Below, piece after piece: positions 1-11,934 of a stretch of 64,000 nt of DNA. Under the pieces are notes generated by a model, which had not been told where the DNA came from, did not search any database, and was given only the letters and a program-made list of their open reading frames with translations. The stretch lies in assembly GCA_010909165.1 (NCBI GenBank), contig VJWM01000186.1:62001-126000 (forward strand). Direction: 5' to 3'. How positions within the stretch are numbered: the stretch's first letter is position 1; the number at the start of each line of letters is the position of its first letter. The DNA comes from Anthoceros angustus. Taxonomy: Eukaryota > Plantae > Anthocerotophyta. A program made the position numbers and the translations under genes.

Positions 1-380
1 CCCAACCCCAACTTCAGGGGCCCTATGCAACAACCAGATGGCCACAAAAAAGGCAAGGATTTTAAGATGGAAACTCCACATTCTGGATCGAAAACCATGT
101 TCAGTGATCAGTGATGAAATATTCTAGACAATACACCTTGGAAGAAGCTGCAACTTCCAGTAGCTTGGGTTCACAAAGAGCATGTCAGCCCATGACTGAG
201 CTACAACTGAAATTTAGAGTGGAAGACGAATACTCCCTGCTCATCCCTACCCCAGGGGTTCGGTCACGTGCAAGATCATAATATGAATAATGGGCACATG
301 CAAGCCTCCTGACAGTGCCTTAGCCATTTCCAATCGAAGTGTCTTACAACAATCAAGCTAGTTATGAGATTGAACAAAAC

Positions 381-2470
381 CTGGAAGGTGGACAGATCCT
401 TCAATAAAGCCATACAATGCTCTTTCGTCATGCCTCCGAACGTCAACGAATAGTAGTCTTCGCAAAGGAGTTAGATTGCAGACTTCCTTCCTCATCCTGT
501 TAACAAGTAGTGCAGCAACTGCATCCCTGCATTTCAGAAGGAAAAATTTACTCTGTTACGGACATGCTGGAAGATATAGTGTGTAACGAATCATGTGGCA
601 CAATGGGCATGCTTACATCTGAGCTTCCTGCAGAATATCCTGCAGTTCGTCTAGGCTCTACTTCACAGCCCATTCAGGTCAATCAAGAAAGTGCGTTTAT
701 AGCACCAAGCATCATCTTGACGTCTTACGCCCTGAGAATTCAGTCATGCAACAGTCTGAACAGCTTGGGGAGTATGCGGTCAACGGCCCATAATGCTGAC
801 AGCGTTGCAAGAACAATGCACACAGCTCATGGAAACCTCTGCATGTAGTAGCCCCGGATTTTGCAGGCAATGACGTGTCACAGGTAGAAGAAAGGAATCG
901 AAGCTTCATATACACATCGACGCTGAGCCGGACCATGCCAATGGCCACTGGAAATGTATGAGGCACTATGAATACTGGTGAGAGTCATAGGAAACACTTG
1001 AGCAATCTAACTAAGAGAGCCTCAAAAAAGAACCAAGAAATTCTAGCTCCAGGTTCGTTATGGGGAGGCAAGTTCCACAACCAGGGAAAACTATTCAAGT
1101 CACACACAAGCGTTCTGCCACAGAGGATGATCACACAGTGCCGCTACGAGTACTCGACCAGTTGTAGTACCTGCTCTCACATCTGGACTTACCTAGAAAT
1201 TACATTTCTTGATCACACTGGACATACAGCCTACTTGCACTTCTCAACGTTGCTGATTGCAACAACAAACCCTATTCCAGAAGATTGAAAGCGAAGAGAT
1301 TACCTGCTGAGAAGCTTTGCTGGCGAGGCCTCAGGGTTGATAAGAGCCGTAAAGTACGCTGCAAGCCCACCCTCCACAACACAGCACCTGCATACACAGG
1401 CAATCTACCGAACAGTAAGAAAGTGCAAGCGATACAGGGGCCCTTGATGATGAGTTCACTGAGTTCAGTCGCACCACAGATGAAGGAGGCGCCTGACCCA
1501 TTCCCTTATCCAGAGAGGCGATTAAAAAGGATTCCTTGATTAGGTGTTCTGACCAGTAACCTATTCTAAGGTCCTGCTTGTCATGGAATGGTCGTTCCTG
1601 GACAATGTGCGGGAAAGTGGTTCCACATTGAAGTCTCTCCAAGCCCCTCCTAGGTTTTGAACAGTAAGATGGGATGCAAACGCACATGGATCACACATTG
1701 CAGGGTAACGAATACCCGCTGTAGCCGAGTTCCGCAGCCGCAGTTGCTGCTCGCTGCGCTCTTCGTCCTGTGGTCGACAGGAAGAGCAAGAGGTCGCCTC
1801 TGACAGGATGCTTCGCGGATGGGAACCGGCTCTTCCATTGTCTGTTCGAAAACTGTAAGCACAGCTTCAGCTCTAACTCTGCAAAACGCAGCAGATACAC
1901 CTGAGGCAATCCTGGAAACGGACAAGTCCCTCTAATGGTTGCCCAAATAGATCGTTTACCAGGAATGTTGACCAGTCGTACGCTGCAGAGGGAATCGGTT
2001 AGTCCAGCCCTGGGGGACCTCACGTCGATAATCAGATAGGACGTGGAGTCCAAATGCAGCAGCTTTGATAGAGCCACAGGTGAAATTGTGACGAAAAGGG
2101 GCTGGACTACAGGTCTGTGTGGACTGCTCAACTGGGCCTTGCGCTGTGACAGAATGTCTCTGCGCCGCGCTAGAACACTCCGTAACTGTCTCACGCAGAA
2201 AGCCATGAGGGCAATCTGCAGCAGAAACGTGAGCGACCCACCAACATTGTGTACCCGCAGGGCTCCCCTCTCGTCTGTTCCCTTCATATTATGATGAGAT
2301 AATGATCCCGAGCTACCAGAAGCTAGGTCGACCACAGACTCTGCATCATGATGGCTGAAATTTTTCTTAAGATACCTTCTACCGCGCACCGAGGGACCCC
2401 AACGTCGTTTTTCAACCTCGGAGTGCTCGGATGATAGGTCCACTGGCACAGACAAACTGACCAGAGTCAT
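381..2470 (-). CDS. Tandem rhodanese-like domain protein, 3' end not found in window (exons 2470-1960, 1878-1716, 1387-1304, 526-381)
   Basis: Manual GT-AG splicing gives a continuous frame: ...TISPVALSKLLHLDSTSYLIIDVRSP...NIP|ELELKL...LLFLSTTGRRAQRAATAAAELGYS|GCCVVEGGLAAY...LLS|RDAVAALL...LLFVDVRRHDERALYGFIEGSVHLP. Two 'IDVR/VDVR' rhodanese starts and an EGG-type C-terminal motif after domain 1. A donor GT follows 381, but no downstream exon was identified. Confidence 0.8.
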
Positions 2471-2637
2471 TTCGAAGGGCTGACTTCGCTTCCACAGCTT
2501 GCCGTCTCATCATGCGTCACCTAGTCTAGTCTAGCTTATGTATATGTTCATACTTCACAAGCTGGGTCCCGCGTGCATCAGTCGCAGCAGCTGGGTGGTG
2601 TTGCGCGCCATCCCGGGCAAACCCCGCCTCCGTGGAT
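2471..2637. promoter_or_regulatory. Short divergent (bidirectional) intergenic region between the rhodanese ATG and the TIC22 ATG
   Basis: Only 167 bp separate two opposing start codons; contains a CTAGTCTAGTCTAG repeat at ~2521-2534. Start codons are inferred. Confidence 0.5.
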
Positions 2638-4237
2638 ATGGGCGTCACACCTATGCCTTGGGAAACCTGGGCCGCCAACTTCCGGCAGCACCTCCATTGC
2701 GCCTTCAAACTGGGCCTGCAGCCACGTCGCCTTCCGCAGTCCGTCCAGCCCTCTTCTCTCCTGGCCTCTTTGTCTCTGATCACCGGGTCTCCAGGTCCTC
2801 TTCACCGTTTTGACCTGGCCATGAGCATAGAGCAGGTCTCAAGGCGCTTGGATGGTGTCCCTGTCTACACCGTCAGCAACTCTGCCAACGAGTTCGTCCT
2901 GGTGTCTGACCTCAACAGCCAGAAGTCGCTTGGCGTTTTCTGCTTCCGACATGAGGATGCAGAAGCTCTCCTTTCACAGGTTGTACACTTCGCAAACAAC
3001 TGAACCTCCGTTTTCGTTTGCTGGTCAACAGGCGGCCTTACTTCAGAACGGTTGCGCAGGTGAAAGACCGGGAGCCTGTTTTGGGACGGGGTGCCAAAGT
3101 CGTGGCGGTGTCTCTTGACAAGGTAGCCCAAGGTGCCAGATTTTGGGAAGTCTGCAAATATACGGTGAACACAAATGGGAACATGAACACGAACGAATTA
3201 CTGAACGAATACCCGTCCCGGTTGATGCGTAGGTTTACCAGCTAAACACAGAGGGCATTGCATTCAGGTTCCTGCCAGATCCACGTCAGGTGAAAAATGC
3301 TCTCGAGGTAGGTTGTGGCCTGTAAAGTTGCCGTTGTATATGTTCTGACTCTTCCCTTGAGACCTTCTGACTATGACCCTCAAGTTCCAGGCACGAGCGA
3401 AAACGGGGGATCCAGGAAGGTCGTTCGATGGCGTGCCTGTCTTCCAGGTAGGGGCTTAACCTACTTCCCTCAAAGTCTTTCTTTGCACTCTACCCTACTT
3501 TGTTGCAGCGTAAATGAACTAGTTGGGGATTAAACCATGGCAAGGGGAGGCTTTCCTGCTGCGAAATGTCTAAGCAAAGGCTGTTACAGCTCCATGTTGA
3601 TCTCCTCTGTGCAGTCAGGGAACTTGATCCTACGGAGCAACAATCGACGCTTCTGCCCTATTTTTTTCTGCAGGGTTAGTCTACGTATCCTGCTTTGTCT
3701 GCTGCTGTTACTTATTATTTACACCCTGTGGCAACGAATTCAGCTTCAGGGTATGGTTGTGTTTACGCTAGTTTTAAAGTTTGACCTCCTGTTATGCAGG
3801 AGGACCTTGAAGGGGCACTAACTCGAGCCTTCAAGCAGCAGCAGCGGGTGAACCCGTTGTTAAGAGTAAATACTGATATTCAGGTACTTCGTTGTAGTTC
3901 GGTTGACGGTTGCCAACCGTAGAGATTGGACCTACCTATCTCAGTAGGTCTGGTCATGTCGCTGAGACATCGATTTCAATGTTTCGTAGGTGGGAAGCTT
4001 TGAGGATGTTTTGAAGCGAATGGAGGTACGCATCACCCCTGTCTAACAGTCTTTGGTCAAAACACCTGGACATAAAATGTCTGGACTGACGCAGTTGTCT
4101 TTGTCATGCACTTGCAGAGCAGTAACGAAAGTTCAGGGTGGGCAGATCTTGTTTTTGTTCCTCCGGGTATGGATGCATTCTCAATCCTCGGCAGAGGTCT
4201 ATCTCAGGCGAGAACCTCTGAATCAGTCACCACTTGA
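2638..4237 (+). CDS. TIC22: Chloroplast inner-envelope translocon component TIC22 (8 exons: 2638-2979, 3060-3122, 3233-3307, 3391-3447, 3615-3674, 3800-3883, 3990-4025, 4118-4237)
   Basis: Spliced product has the Tic22 hallmarks: RLDGVPVYTVSNSANEFVLVSD, LGVFCFRHEDAEALLSQ|VKDREP..GAKVVAVSLDK|VYQLNTEGIAFRFLPDPRQVKNALE, FDGVPVFQ|SGNLIL, FCPIFFCR|EDLE, VGSFEDVLKRME, GWADLVFVPPG. All junctions are GT-AG and phase 0; stop TGA at 4235-4237; N-terminal extension resembles a transit peptide. Confidence 0.93.
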
Positions 4238-4700
4238 GATCCAGTTAGATCACGTGTTGATTTCGATCTTGCTCTGGTCTATGCCGCTCTGGTCTATGCC
4301 GCTTATGCGATTACAACCTCCTCTCTTTCGGCTCCCGCCCCTAAACCTCTTCAATTGTGATCTTTTAACTTGAGGTCTTGGGAACAATTCCACAAACAGG
4401 CGTTCGGTGCGTTTCTTAAAAACGGGATGACATAAACAGAAGGGTCTATTTTGTGCGTCTAAGAGATGAGAGTGTATGTTTGAGACGAGAGTGTATGTAT
4501 ATGATCAAATGGCTTAGGCCAAATGGACACACATTTATAAGAACGCCGTGATTAAGCATCCTGAGCTTAGATCGGTACTTAGATGGGGTGCCTAAAGGGA
4601 GTGGATGCCCTTGGTGCAAGTAGCTTAGGCACACCATGGTACAAGTTGTCAAGTACCAAGTCCCATGACGGAAATCCATCCTTAGTGGACTCAAATAAAA

Positions 4701-4728
4701 TTCTTCTTCTTCTTCTTCTTCTTCTTCT
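4701..4728. repeat. (TTC)n microsatellite, about 9 units
   Basis: ttcttcttcttcttcttcttcttcttct read directly. Confidence 0.95.
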
Positions 4729-4844
4729 ATGAGAGCGAAGTGCGAGCGTGCGAGTCGGGGTGGAACTAGGCTTTTCAGACCTCGCCGAGCTCCGCTGCTC
4801 GAATGGGGAGCAAGAGATCACCCGAGACGAGAGGCCCGCGCAAG

Positions 4845-5070
4845 TCCAAGACCGACTGAGCAGTGTTGCGTAGGTCCAAGAACGACGGAGCTGTGTCGCG
4901 CAGGTCCAAGATCGACGAGCTGTCGCTGCAGTCCAAGATCGACGGAGTGTGAGTCCAAGATCGACGGATATGTCATGCGTCCAAGATCGACGAGTTATGA
5001 GTCCAAGATCCGTGTCGCGCGGGTCCAAGATCGACGGAGCTGTGTCGCGCGGGTCCAAGATCGACGGAGC
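4845..5070. repeat. Minisatellite with core GTCCAAGATCGACG(GA), about 9 copies with variable spacing
   Basis: Core recurs at ~4845, 4874, 4903, 4932, 4953, 4980, 5001, 5023 and 5053. Confidence 0.9.
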
Positions 5071-5350
5071 GGTGTGTACTGAAGTGGAAGATACTGCGGA
5101 TGGGCGCCCCGAAACGAAGGATCACACCCCGACGGTCATGAGTGAACAAAGCTTCAACGGGGAGGATTCTCCACTTTCACCCGACGACCTTCAGTCTCAC
5201 GATGGCGGTTTCGAGGGAGCCGTCGTACCATTGGCAAAGGGACGGTGGGTTCGCTGCGAGCCTCCTCATCCTGCAGCCGGATCATCCAGGTATTGGCATT
5301 AATCCATAATCGGAAAGGAGGAAAAGATGACTCCGAAGAGTCAGTTCCTG

Positions 5351-5490
5351 CAGAGGCAAGGGAGCAGCAGCAGCCATAATGGAGATCCGAGAGCCAGCAG
5401 AGGCAAGGGAGCCAGCAGCAGAAATGAAGGAGATCCGAGAGCCAGCAGAGGCAAGGTAGCCAGCAGCCATGATGAAGATCCGAGATGTGG
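5351..5490. repeat. About 3 tandem copies of a ~48-bp unit (CAGAGGCAAGG...GAGATCCGAGAGCCAG)
   Basis: Unit starts at 5351, 5398 and 5446. Confidence 0.85.
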
Positions 5491-5789
5491 GACGGCGGTG
5501 GGTGGGGGAAAGTCAGGGTTGTCAATCCAGGTCTAGACCGCGCGATTCCCACCGCACCGGCACTCATATCACAGCAATGCTCTTCTTAAAATTCGGGATC
5601 CAGAGCAATCCCAGACGACAGACACACCTGACGGAAACAAGCCGCACCTTGAGCTGCAGCTCTGAGACCCCGCGGGCGAGAATCGAGCATGGCAAAGCGC
5701 GGTGAGGTCACCTCAACCCTTCTTGACCGAATTGCTTAGGGCTTACTTTTCGAAGTCAAGTCAGTACCACTTCCAACCTTTTAGTTCCA

Positions 5790-6775
5790 TCCACGGGCGA
5801 CACATTCTGCAAGTGAATCTTAAATTCAAAAATTTGATATCTCTTGGCGAAGTTCTCGCTAAAGTCACATCTCCTCTCGAGCTGCCAATTGCTCGATAAG
5901 AGCCTTGTTATCCCGAATGTAATAGTTCATCTCATGTTGCTTCGTCTCAACACTCTTTTCCAAGTGCTCCACTTGAGCCTCCATCCTCATAATATCCTCC
6001 TGCCGCTGGGTTTCCGCTCCTACCTGCAATTTCCTTTGCTTGATAGGTCCTTGTCTTTTCCGTCTCCGTCTTCAAGAATTCAACTCTGCCTGTTATGATT
6101 TGAAACGAAATTCTCCTCCAAAGTTCCTCGCGAGTCCTTACACTTGTGTCTCCGATTTGGGAGCTTTTCCTTCACAATTTCCTCGCAATCCTGCCACGCC
6201 TCACCCTTCCTATCGCTCGTGCAAAGTTAGGGAGGTGTGGTTTGCCCCCTTGCACCTCGTTTCCTTTCCCTCTTTCTCTTTTTCTTCCTGCACTTCCTCT
6301 TGGCGTCCTGCTGCCTTTTCTCCTCCGTTGCCCAACTTGCGCCCTTCCTCTTCAGCCCAGCATGGGCGTGTGTACGGCACAATGGTGTGTGGGGGTCTCT
6401 TTGAGCTCGCGATGTGGCGGCGCCTTCCTGCAGTGAGGCCGTCTCCTTGAGTTTCTGAGATATGGCCTCCTGCAGGCACCTGCAGCCACTTTTATAAGTC
6501 ATCCAAGAGTTAGAAAAAGTAATTACCATTCTATCCTGCCCTTGGATGTATGCCACGTGGCCCCTCTCCCACCATCGATGTTAGTTTCCTAATTTCCTTA
6601 TACTAAAATACCTTTTTCTCCTATTTTCCTAATTTCTATTTGCTGAAAATTAGCCTCTAATTTCCTAATTACCTATTTTGGCCTATTTATCTAGTCCATT
6701 AAAAGACCCTATATATAGCAAGCCTATCCTGCCTAAAACATAAGCTACTTTCCTTAGAAACCTATCTCCTACCGA
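5790..6775 (-). mobile_element. Internally deleted fragment of the Athila-like retrotransposon accessory region, inverted relative to the copy at 50380-52830
   Basis: Reverse complement of ~6100-6775 matches ~50380-51000 (AT-rich block 'ataggtttctaaggaa...cttataaaagtgg'). Reverse complement of ~5850-6090 matches ~52590-52810 (agagttgaattcttgaagacggag; aacaaggctctta..agcaattggcagctcgagaggag). Confidence 0.85.
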
Positions 6776-7199
6776 CGTCAATTACAGGATGTGCTCGAAG
6801 TTTATCACTCTCCTCGACCAGTTACAGCCCTGGAGAAAGCCCCATGGTTTGCTACCAATGAGGTGGGTTATCCGCGACGTACGTTGCCTACCCTTGTTAG
6901 TTTCCCAGGGTCTTATGCGTATCGTGGAAGGCCGGGATTATTCTTTGCATTCGAGACTCGCGTTGGGAGGAACCCCTTGAAGGCGGGGAACACATTATGG
7001 GGTTTGCGACTCACGATGCTGCCGCTCCTGGTGTTTCTATTGCTCAGCGATGTGCTGCTTTGGGTCGCGCCATGGATTTACATGTTGTGACATGGCTCGT
7101 CAGCATCTGTTTGGCTTTCCAACTTTTTGCTGGTTCTGGCTTTTGTGGCTTTGTCGGTCGGCAGTCGCGCTTGTGTCATCCAGATGTTGTTCATACGCC

Positions 7200-10122
7200 T
7201 TTTCGCTTTAGCTGCCCTTTTTTAGCTGGAGGCGGGGAGTATGCATTTAGAGATCATCGTTTCCAGCTTGGTGATGATCTGATCGACTCGTTGCGTTATC
7301 GAAGCAATCGAGGCTAAGGCGGTGGCTCGATTTCCGGTGGAAGATGGGTCCGATTGACAAATGATCAGCGGCGATTGCTTATTCTTGATAACATATCAAG
7401 ATTGTTTTGCGTTTTCGATGAAGGACCTTGGTACTGCGTTATGAAGTTCGTGCGGTGACAACTAATGAGCCCATCTACCGGCGTCTTACGGGCTCGATCT
7501 GCGAGAATGGGAAATAGTCGATAAGCGGCGAGGCTGTATGAGGCGGGGCGATTCGACCATCCGACTACTGCAATTTCTTCCTCCTAAGAAGATCGGGGTT
7601 TATGGACAGAGAAACGCATGTGTGGTGATTACCGACCAATCAATGCTGTGACGGCTCAAGATCGTTATCCGATGCCCATACCAGAGGAGCTATTTGATAG
7701 CATCGAACAGTCAGCATTCTTCTCTGTTCTCGACTTGCGGCAAGGGTTCAACCAGGTGCCAATGGTTGAAGAAGACATAAAAAAGACAGCATTTCATGGC
7801 TCGCAGCAGCTATGGGAATGGTTGTTTATGCTGTTTGGGTTTGAAATGCACTGTTACATTTCAGCGTATCATGGACAAGGTATTGTCCGGGCTCTCATCT
7901 TTGCTATATTGATGATGTGCTCGCACGGCAAGGATTTTGAGGCTCATTTGAGGCATTTAGAGGATCTATTTTGCAGCTCCATGAGCGGGACTCAAATGCC
8001 ATCCCTAAGTGTGAGCTGGGCATGGATCTGTCCTATTTGGGACATAGGATTGTGCCTAACGGTATCATGCCACACGCAAAGGTTCAAGCTGTGTTAGAGG
8101 TACCTGTTCCGTCTGGTGTGTCGGAATTGCGCTCCTACCTGGGATTGTGTAACTACAACCGAATTTACATTCGAGATTTTAGCAGCCTTGCTAAGCCACT
8201 TAACAACCTGCTGCGCAAGGACGTGACTTGGGATTGGACGGAGGACTGCCAACAGGCATTTGAATTGTTGAAGAAACAGGCTGGCGCTGATGGCCCGGCG
8301 ATTCGAGAAGCCATTTGTGCTTCATACGGATTAGTCGATTAGGTATTGGGTGTGCTTGCACAACTGACGAAGAAGGACATGAGCGTGTTATCGCTTATGC
8401 GTCCGCATGTAACAACGGGGCCGAGCAATTATCCTAGCTATGAAGGGAGTGTTTGGCATGATTTGCATTTGCCATTTGACCTTCTGGTATCCATTTACTT
8501 TGGTGACTGACCATCAGCCTTTGCGTTGGCTTATGACAAATACTAAGCTCAGTGGCAAGGTCGCAAGGTGGGCAATGACATTGCAGGATTATGATTTCCA
8601 AGTTGTTCATTGCCCTGGCATCATGCACCAGAATGCGGATGTGCTTTCTCGACATCCCCAACTTTGTGATGAGGATGTGACGTGTGCTAGGCAGGACCAT
8701 GACGAGGTCATGGGTCAAGTTTCTTATACAGCAGCAACATGTTTGCGGAATCTATGTGTGGGACATGGAGAACCTCTGCGATTTGACATGCGACATATGG
8801 GAAGATGATCATCTGTCACGGTTTCTTCAAATGGATTGTTTCTGCTGATTGCACTGCACTTCAGAGATCGGATCTGACGAGCAGCCGGTATCGTTGGAAA
8901 GATGGCTATTTGATCCGCACCTTGTCTGGGGCTCGGTGCCGGTTCACGCACACATGACCGAGTAGCTTTGGTCATGCGTGCTCATTCTGACATGGGTCAC
9001 TTTGGGGTCAAGCGAACATATAGTTTATTGTCTCCTCATTTCCATTGGTTTGGGATGTATGCTCAAGTGCGTGACGTGGTGGCGTGCTGCGAACAGTGTG
9101 ACAGAGTGAAGTCTTCTTTTAACATCAAGCCGTCGGAGCTGCAGCCATTACCCATTATGGGTTTGTTTTACAGATGGTCTTGTGATCTTATAGGAGATTT
9201 GCCCAGGACGCCTCGTAACGTGTATGTGATGGTGATGGTGGAACATTTTTCCAAGTGGGCCGAAATTGTGGCTCTACCGGACAAGTCATCCAGAAGCACT
9301 TCTCAGGCCTTCTTGCAGCATGTTCTCAGTCGCTTTGGTAGCTGTGCAGAGTGTTTGACGGATCAAGGCACAATTCGGGAGAATTCCAAGATCCATTAGA
9401 CTTGCATTCATCGATCACCGATGCACTAGCGAGACCATCCTCAAGCGACGGTTTGGTGAGCGACTTGTTCGAGACCATCAAACAAGGGCTACGTAAGTTG
9501 TTGCTCAGGATGTCTAAGACAGGCTGGGATTTGGCTTTGCCATATGTGGCTATGGGGTACCGTATGAGCAAACACGCTTAGCTCACTTTTCACCGTATTT
9601 CTCTTGTTTGGACGAGATCCGGTTCCCTTGCCATTGCCAAGGAAATGAACCGGTGGTCCGGTGGATGATCCGACCACTTGGGCTAAGGTTGTTGGCGATA
9701 GGCGGTGTTGTTTTAGCGAGCCATGCCTATGGCGATGGCGAATTTGAAAATTGCTCAGCACTAGGACTCTTTACGTTATGCTTACACCAGGAGTGGACAT
9801 TTTCGACCTAAGATGAGGAAGTTCCATGTTGGCGATTATGTTTATCTTCAGCGACAAGCGCATTAGAACCTTCTACTAACGCTTGCTGCGTGTGAAGGAA
9901 CTTCGACCCAGCGGTGTGTTGGTGCTACAAGGAGCAGATGGCCGGACTATACAAGACCACATGACCAATTGTGCTCCTTGCCATCTTCCTAATTTTGATC
10001 CCACGATTGTTACAGCAAATTGGGTGCCACCTAGTGATTATCCATGTCAAGTTTGTCAACGGGTGGATGACCCTGAGCTCATGTTGCTTTGTGATGGTTG
10101 TAACGGAGGCTTCCATTTGTAG
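7200..10122 (+). mobile_element. Degenerate Ty3/Gypsy pol (RT-RNaseH-integrase) ending in a truncated PHD finger; no LTRs seen
   Basis: RT: MCGDYRPINAVTAQDRYPMPIPEELFD..FSVLDLRQGFNQ..KKTAFHG. RH: WDWTEDCQQAFELLK, TDHQPLRWLM. Integrase HHCC: H..GHFGVKRTY..WFGMY..VACCEQC. Integrase core: QPLPIMGLFYRWSCDLIGDLP..VEHFSKWAE. C-terminus: CQVCQRVDDPELMLLCDGCNGGFH. Multiple frameshifts. Confidence 0.92.
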
Positions 10123-11263
10123 ACGTTGGTCACCATCCCCATAAATGATCCGGGTGCTCCTGCCATCCCGAAGGCGTTCATTTGTAGGCGAACGTCCCCC
10201 ACTCCGTGGTGAACGTCGTCTTATCCCAGTCCGACTCCCTTAGGTGCAGTTGGTTGTAGCCAGAGTATCCAAGAAGGAGTAGGTACTCCGTCCCGCCACC
10301 TTGTCCAGTATGTCGTCTACGAAGGGCATGGGGAAATGGTCCTTCTCAGTGGCGGCGTTGAGCTTCCTCCAGTCCTGACAGACACGGATCTGCCCTTGCT
10401 GTTTCTTTGGCACGACAACAATGGGTGCTACCCATTCCCGCCTCCAGATATTTATCCAGGACCTCCTTGACCTTGAGCGAGTGCTTGGGATTCAGTTTAT
10501 ATTGTCGAATCCGAACAGGCACGCTCCACGGATCTATCCGGTGTTAGCCTTGTTTGAATGCCCTTCATGTCCGTGACCTTGAAAGCAAACACCTCACTAA
10601 ATTCCCCTAACAGCTGGGTGAGGCCGTGCTTCAACTCCGCTGGCATGCCCTTGCGGAACTTTAGAAATTTGCCCGGGCGGACCTCTACGTCTTCCACATC
10701 GTTAGGATGGACCGTTTCCCTTTCCCTCGCCGCTTCGCTACGCCCAAAACCATCGTCCTCCATCCGGGGTTCATCCTCACGCATTCCCCATTCCCGGAAA
10801 AGCTCGTCTGAGGTGAACCGGATCACTTCTTCGGGGTCCTCCTCGTCCGGTGGGTTCCTTGTTTTCCTTCCGTCCGGTCCCCGGCTTCCACTCGGAAGCT
10901 ACCTCGCTCCGTGTCCTCCGGTAGTCCATCTCCTCTTGGACCACGAGATTTTTGGAAAGGGTAGTCCTCATTCGTATCTTGGCGCTCATTGTCCCCCTTG
11001 TCTTGGTGTACCCCTACAGTGGTGCTTACAGTTTCACCACCAGTGTGTCCTTGCTCCGGTGATCGCTACCGTCCTTCCCTTACCTTCGGATCCCGATCTG
11101 GTTTGAAGTGTATCTCCTTCCTTCAGTGTAGTTTGTCAGCGAGTCCCAGTGCATGATTCTCGTGCCCAGGTCCGCGGGCTTGATGACCACGTCCAATGTA
11201 TAGGGTGCTCCCGCTATGGTGGCCTGGACTTGGACAACTCCCGCCGTGCCGCGCCGTGACATG
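10123..11263 (-). mobile_element. Athila/Tat-like (non-chromovirus) Gypsy pol fragment (protease-RT linker and RT N-terminal half), interrupted at 11263 by the CACTA element
   Basis: Minus-strand translation: WVAPIVVVPKKQQGQIRVCQDWRKLNAATEKDHFPMPFVDDILDKVAG..YSFLD..GYNQ..DKTTFTTEWGTFAY..PFG. Truncated before the YxDD motif at the junction with the plus-strand Gypsy. Confidence 0.9.
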
Positions 11264-11287
11264 CCCTACTAGAAAAGGGCACCCTAT

Positions 11288-11530
11288 GTTACACTTTATG
11301 TTAAGATTTGGACCCCTGGATGTAACACTCATGTTGCAATTTTGGGGTCATGTAACACTTTGGGCCCCTTGTTACACTTTGGCTTGGAAACCATACCACG
11401 TTGCAATCATGTTGCAATCATGTTGCAATATGTTGCAATTATGTTAAGAGAGAGGTGGTTTTGCCTCTCTCAAAATTGCAACATGATTGCAACATCTAAG
11501 TGTTACAAGAGAGGTCTTGTAACACTTTTG
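11288..11530. repeat. Left subterminal repeats of CACTA copy A (TGTTGCAAT / TGTTACACT / TGTAACACT, both orientations); equivalent at 32893-33135
   Basis: More than 12 motif copies within ~250 bp of the TIR; typical of TnpA-binding subterminal regions in EnSpm elements. Confidence 0.85.
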
Positions 11531-11934
11531 GAGGCTTAACCTCCTCCCCATCCACTATTCCTTTTACTTTTGCCCTTAGCAATAACCACGTTTACTTAGT
11601 TACCATGTCGCCCTTCAATCGACCATATATAAATACATGCGAATACATCCTTATACTATACACATGTAGTCTCGGCGATAAATGTAATATATTATTCTAA
11701 GTGCTATAAGGCGTATTCAATTTCATATAAAATAAGTTTGTATACTATCGTATTCCATCGTACCTTGCATACATATTCATGATGCGGTACTATGTATTTA
11801 CTATCGTGTAAATAGCGGCTCTTTCTACCCCTACTTTATAGCATGCGTGCGGTTTGTCCTTCACGTCACCAATAGCCAGCGGCTTCCATATAAGTCCCCA
11901 CCTATCACCTTATTGTGACGCATCACGTGAGGTT

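Noticed and set aside
510-1687. Several 80-120 aa ORFs at the left end
   Set aside because: They fall in introns or on the antisense strand of the spliced rhodanese gene.
4440-4700. Possible LTR fragment after TIC22
   Set aside because: No TG...CA boundaries, PBS/PPT or second copy could be identified.
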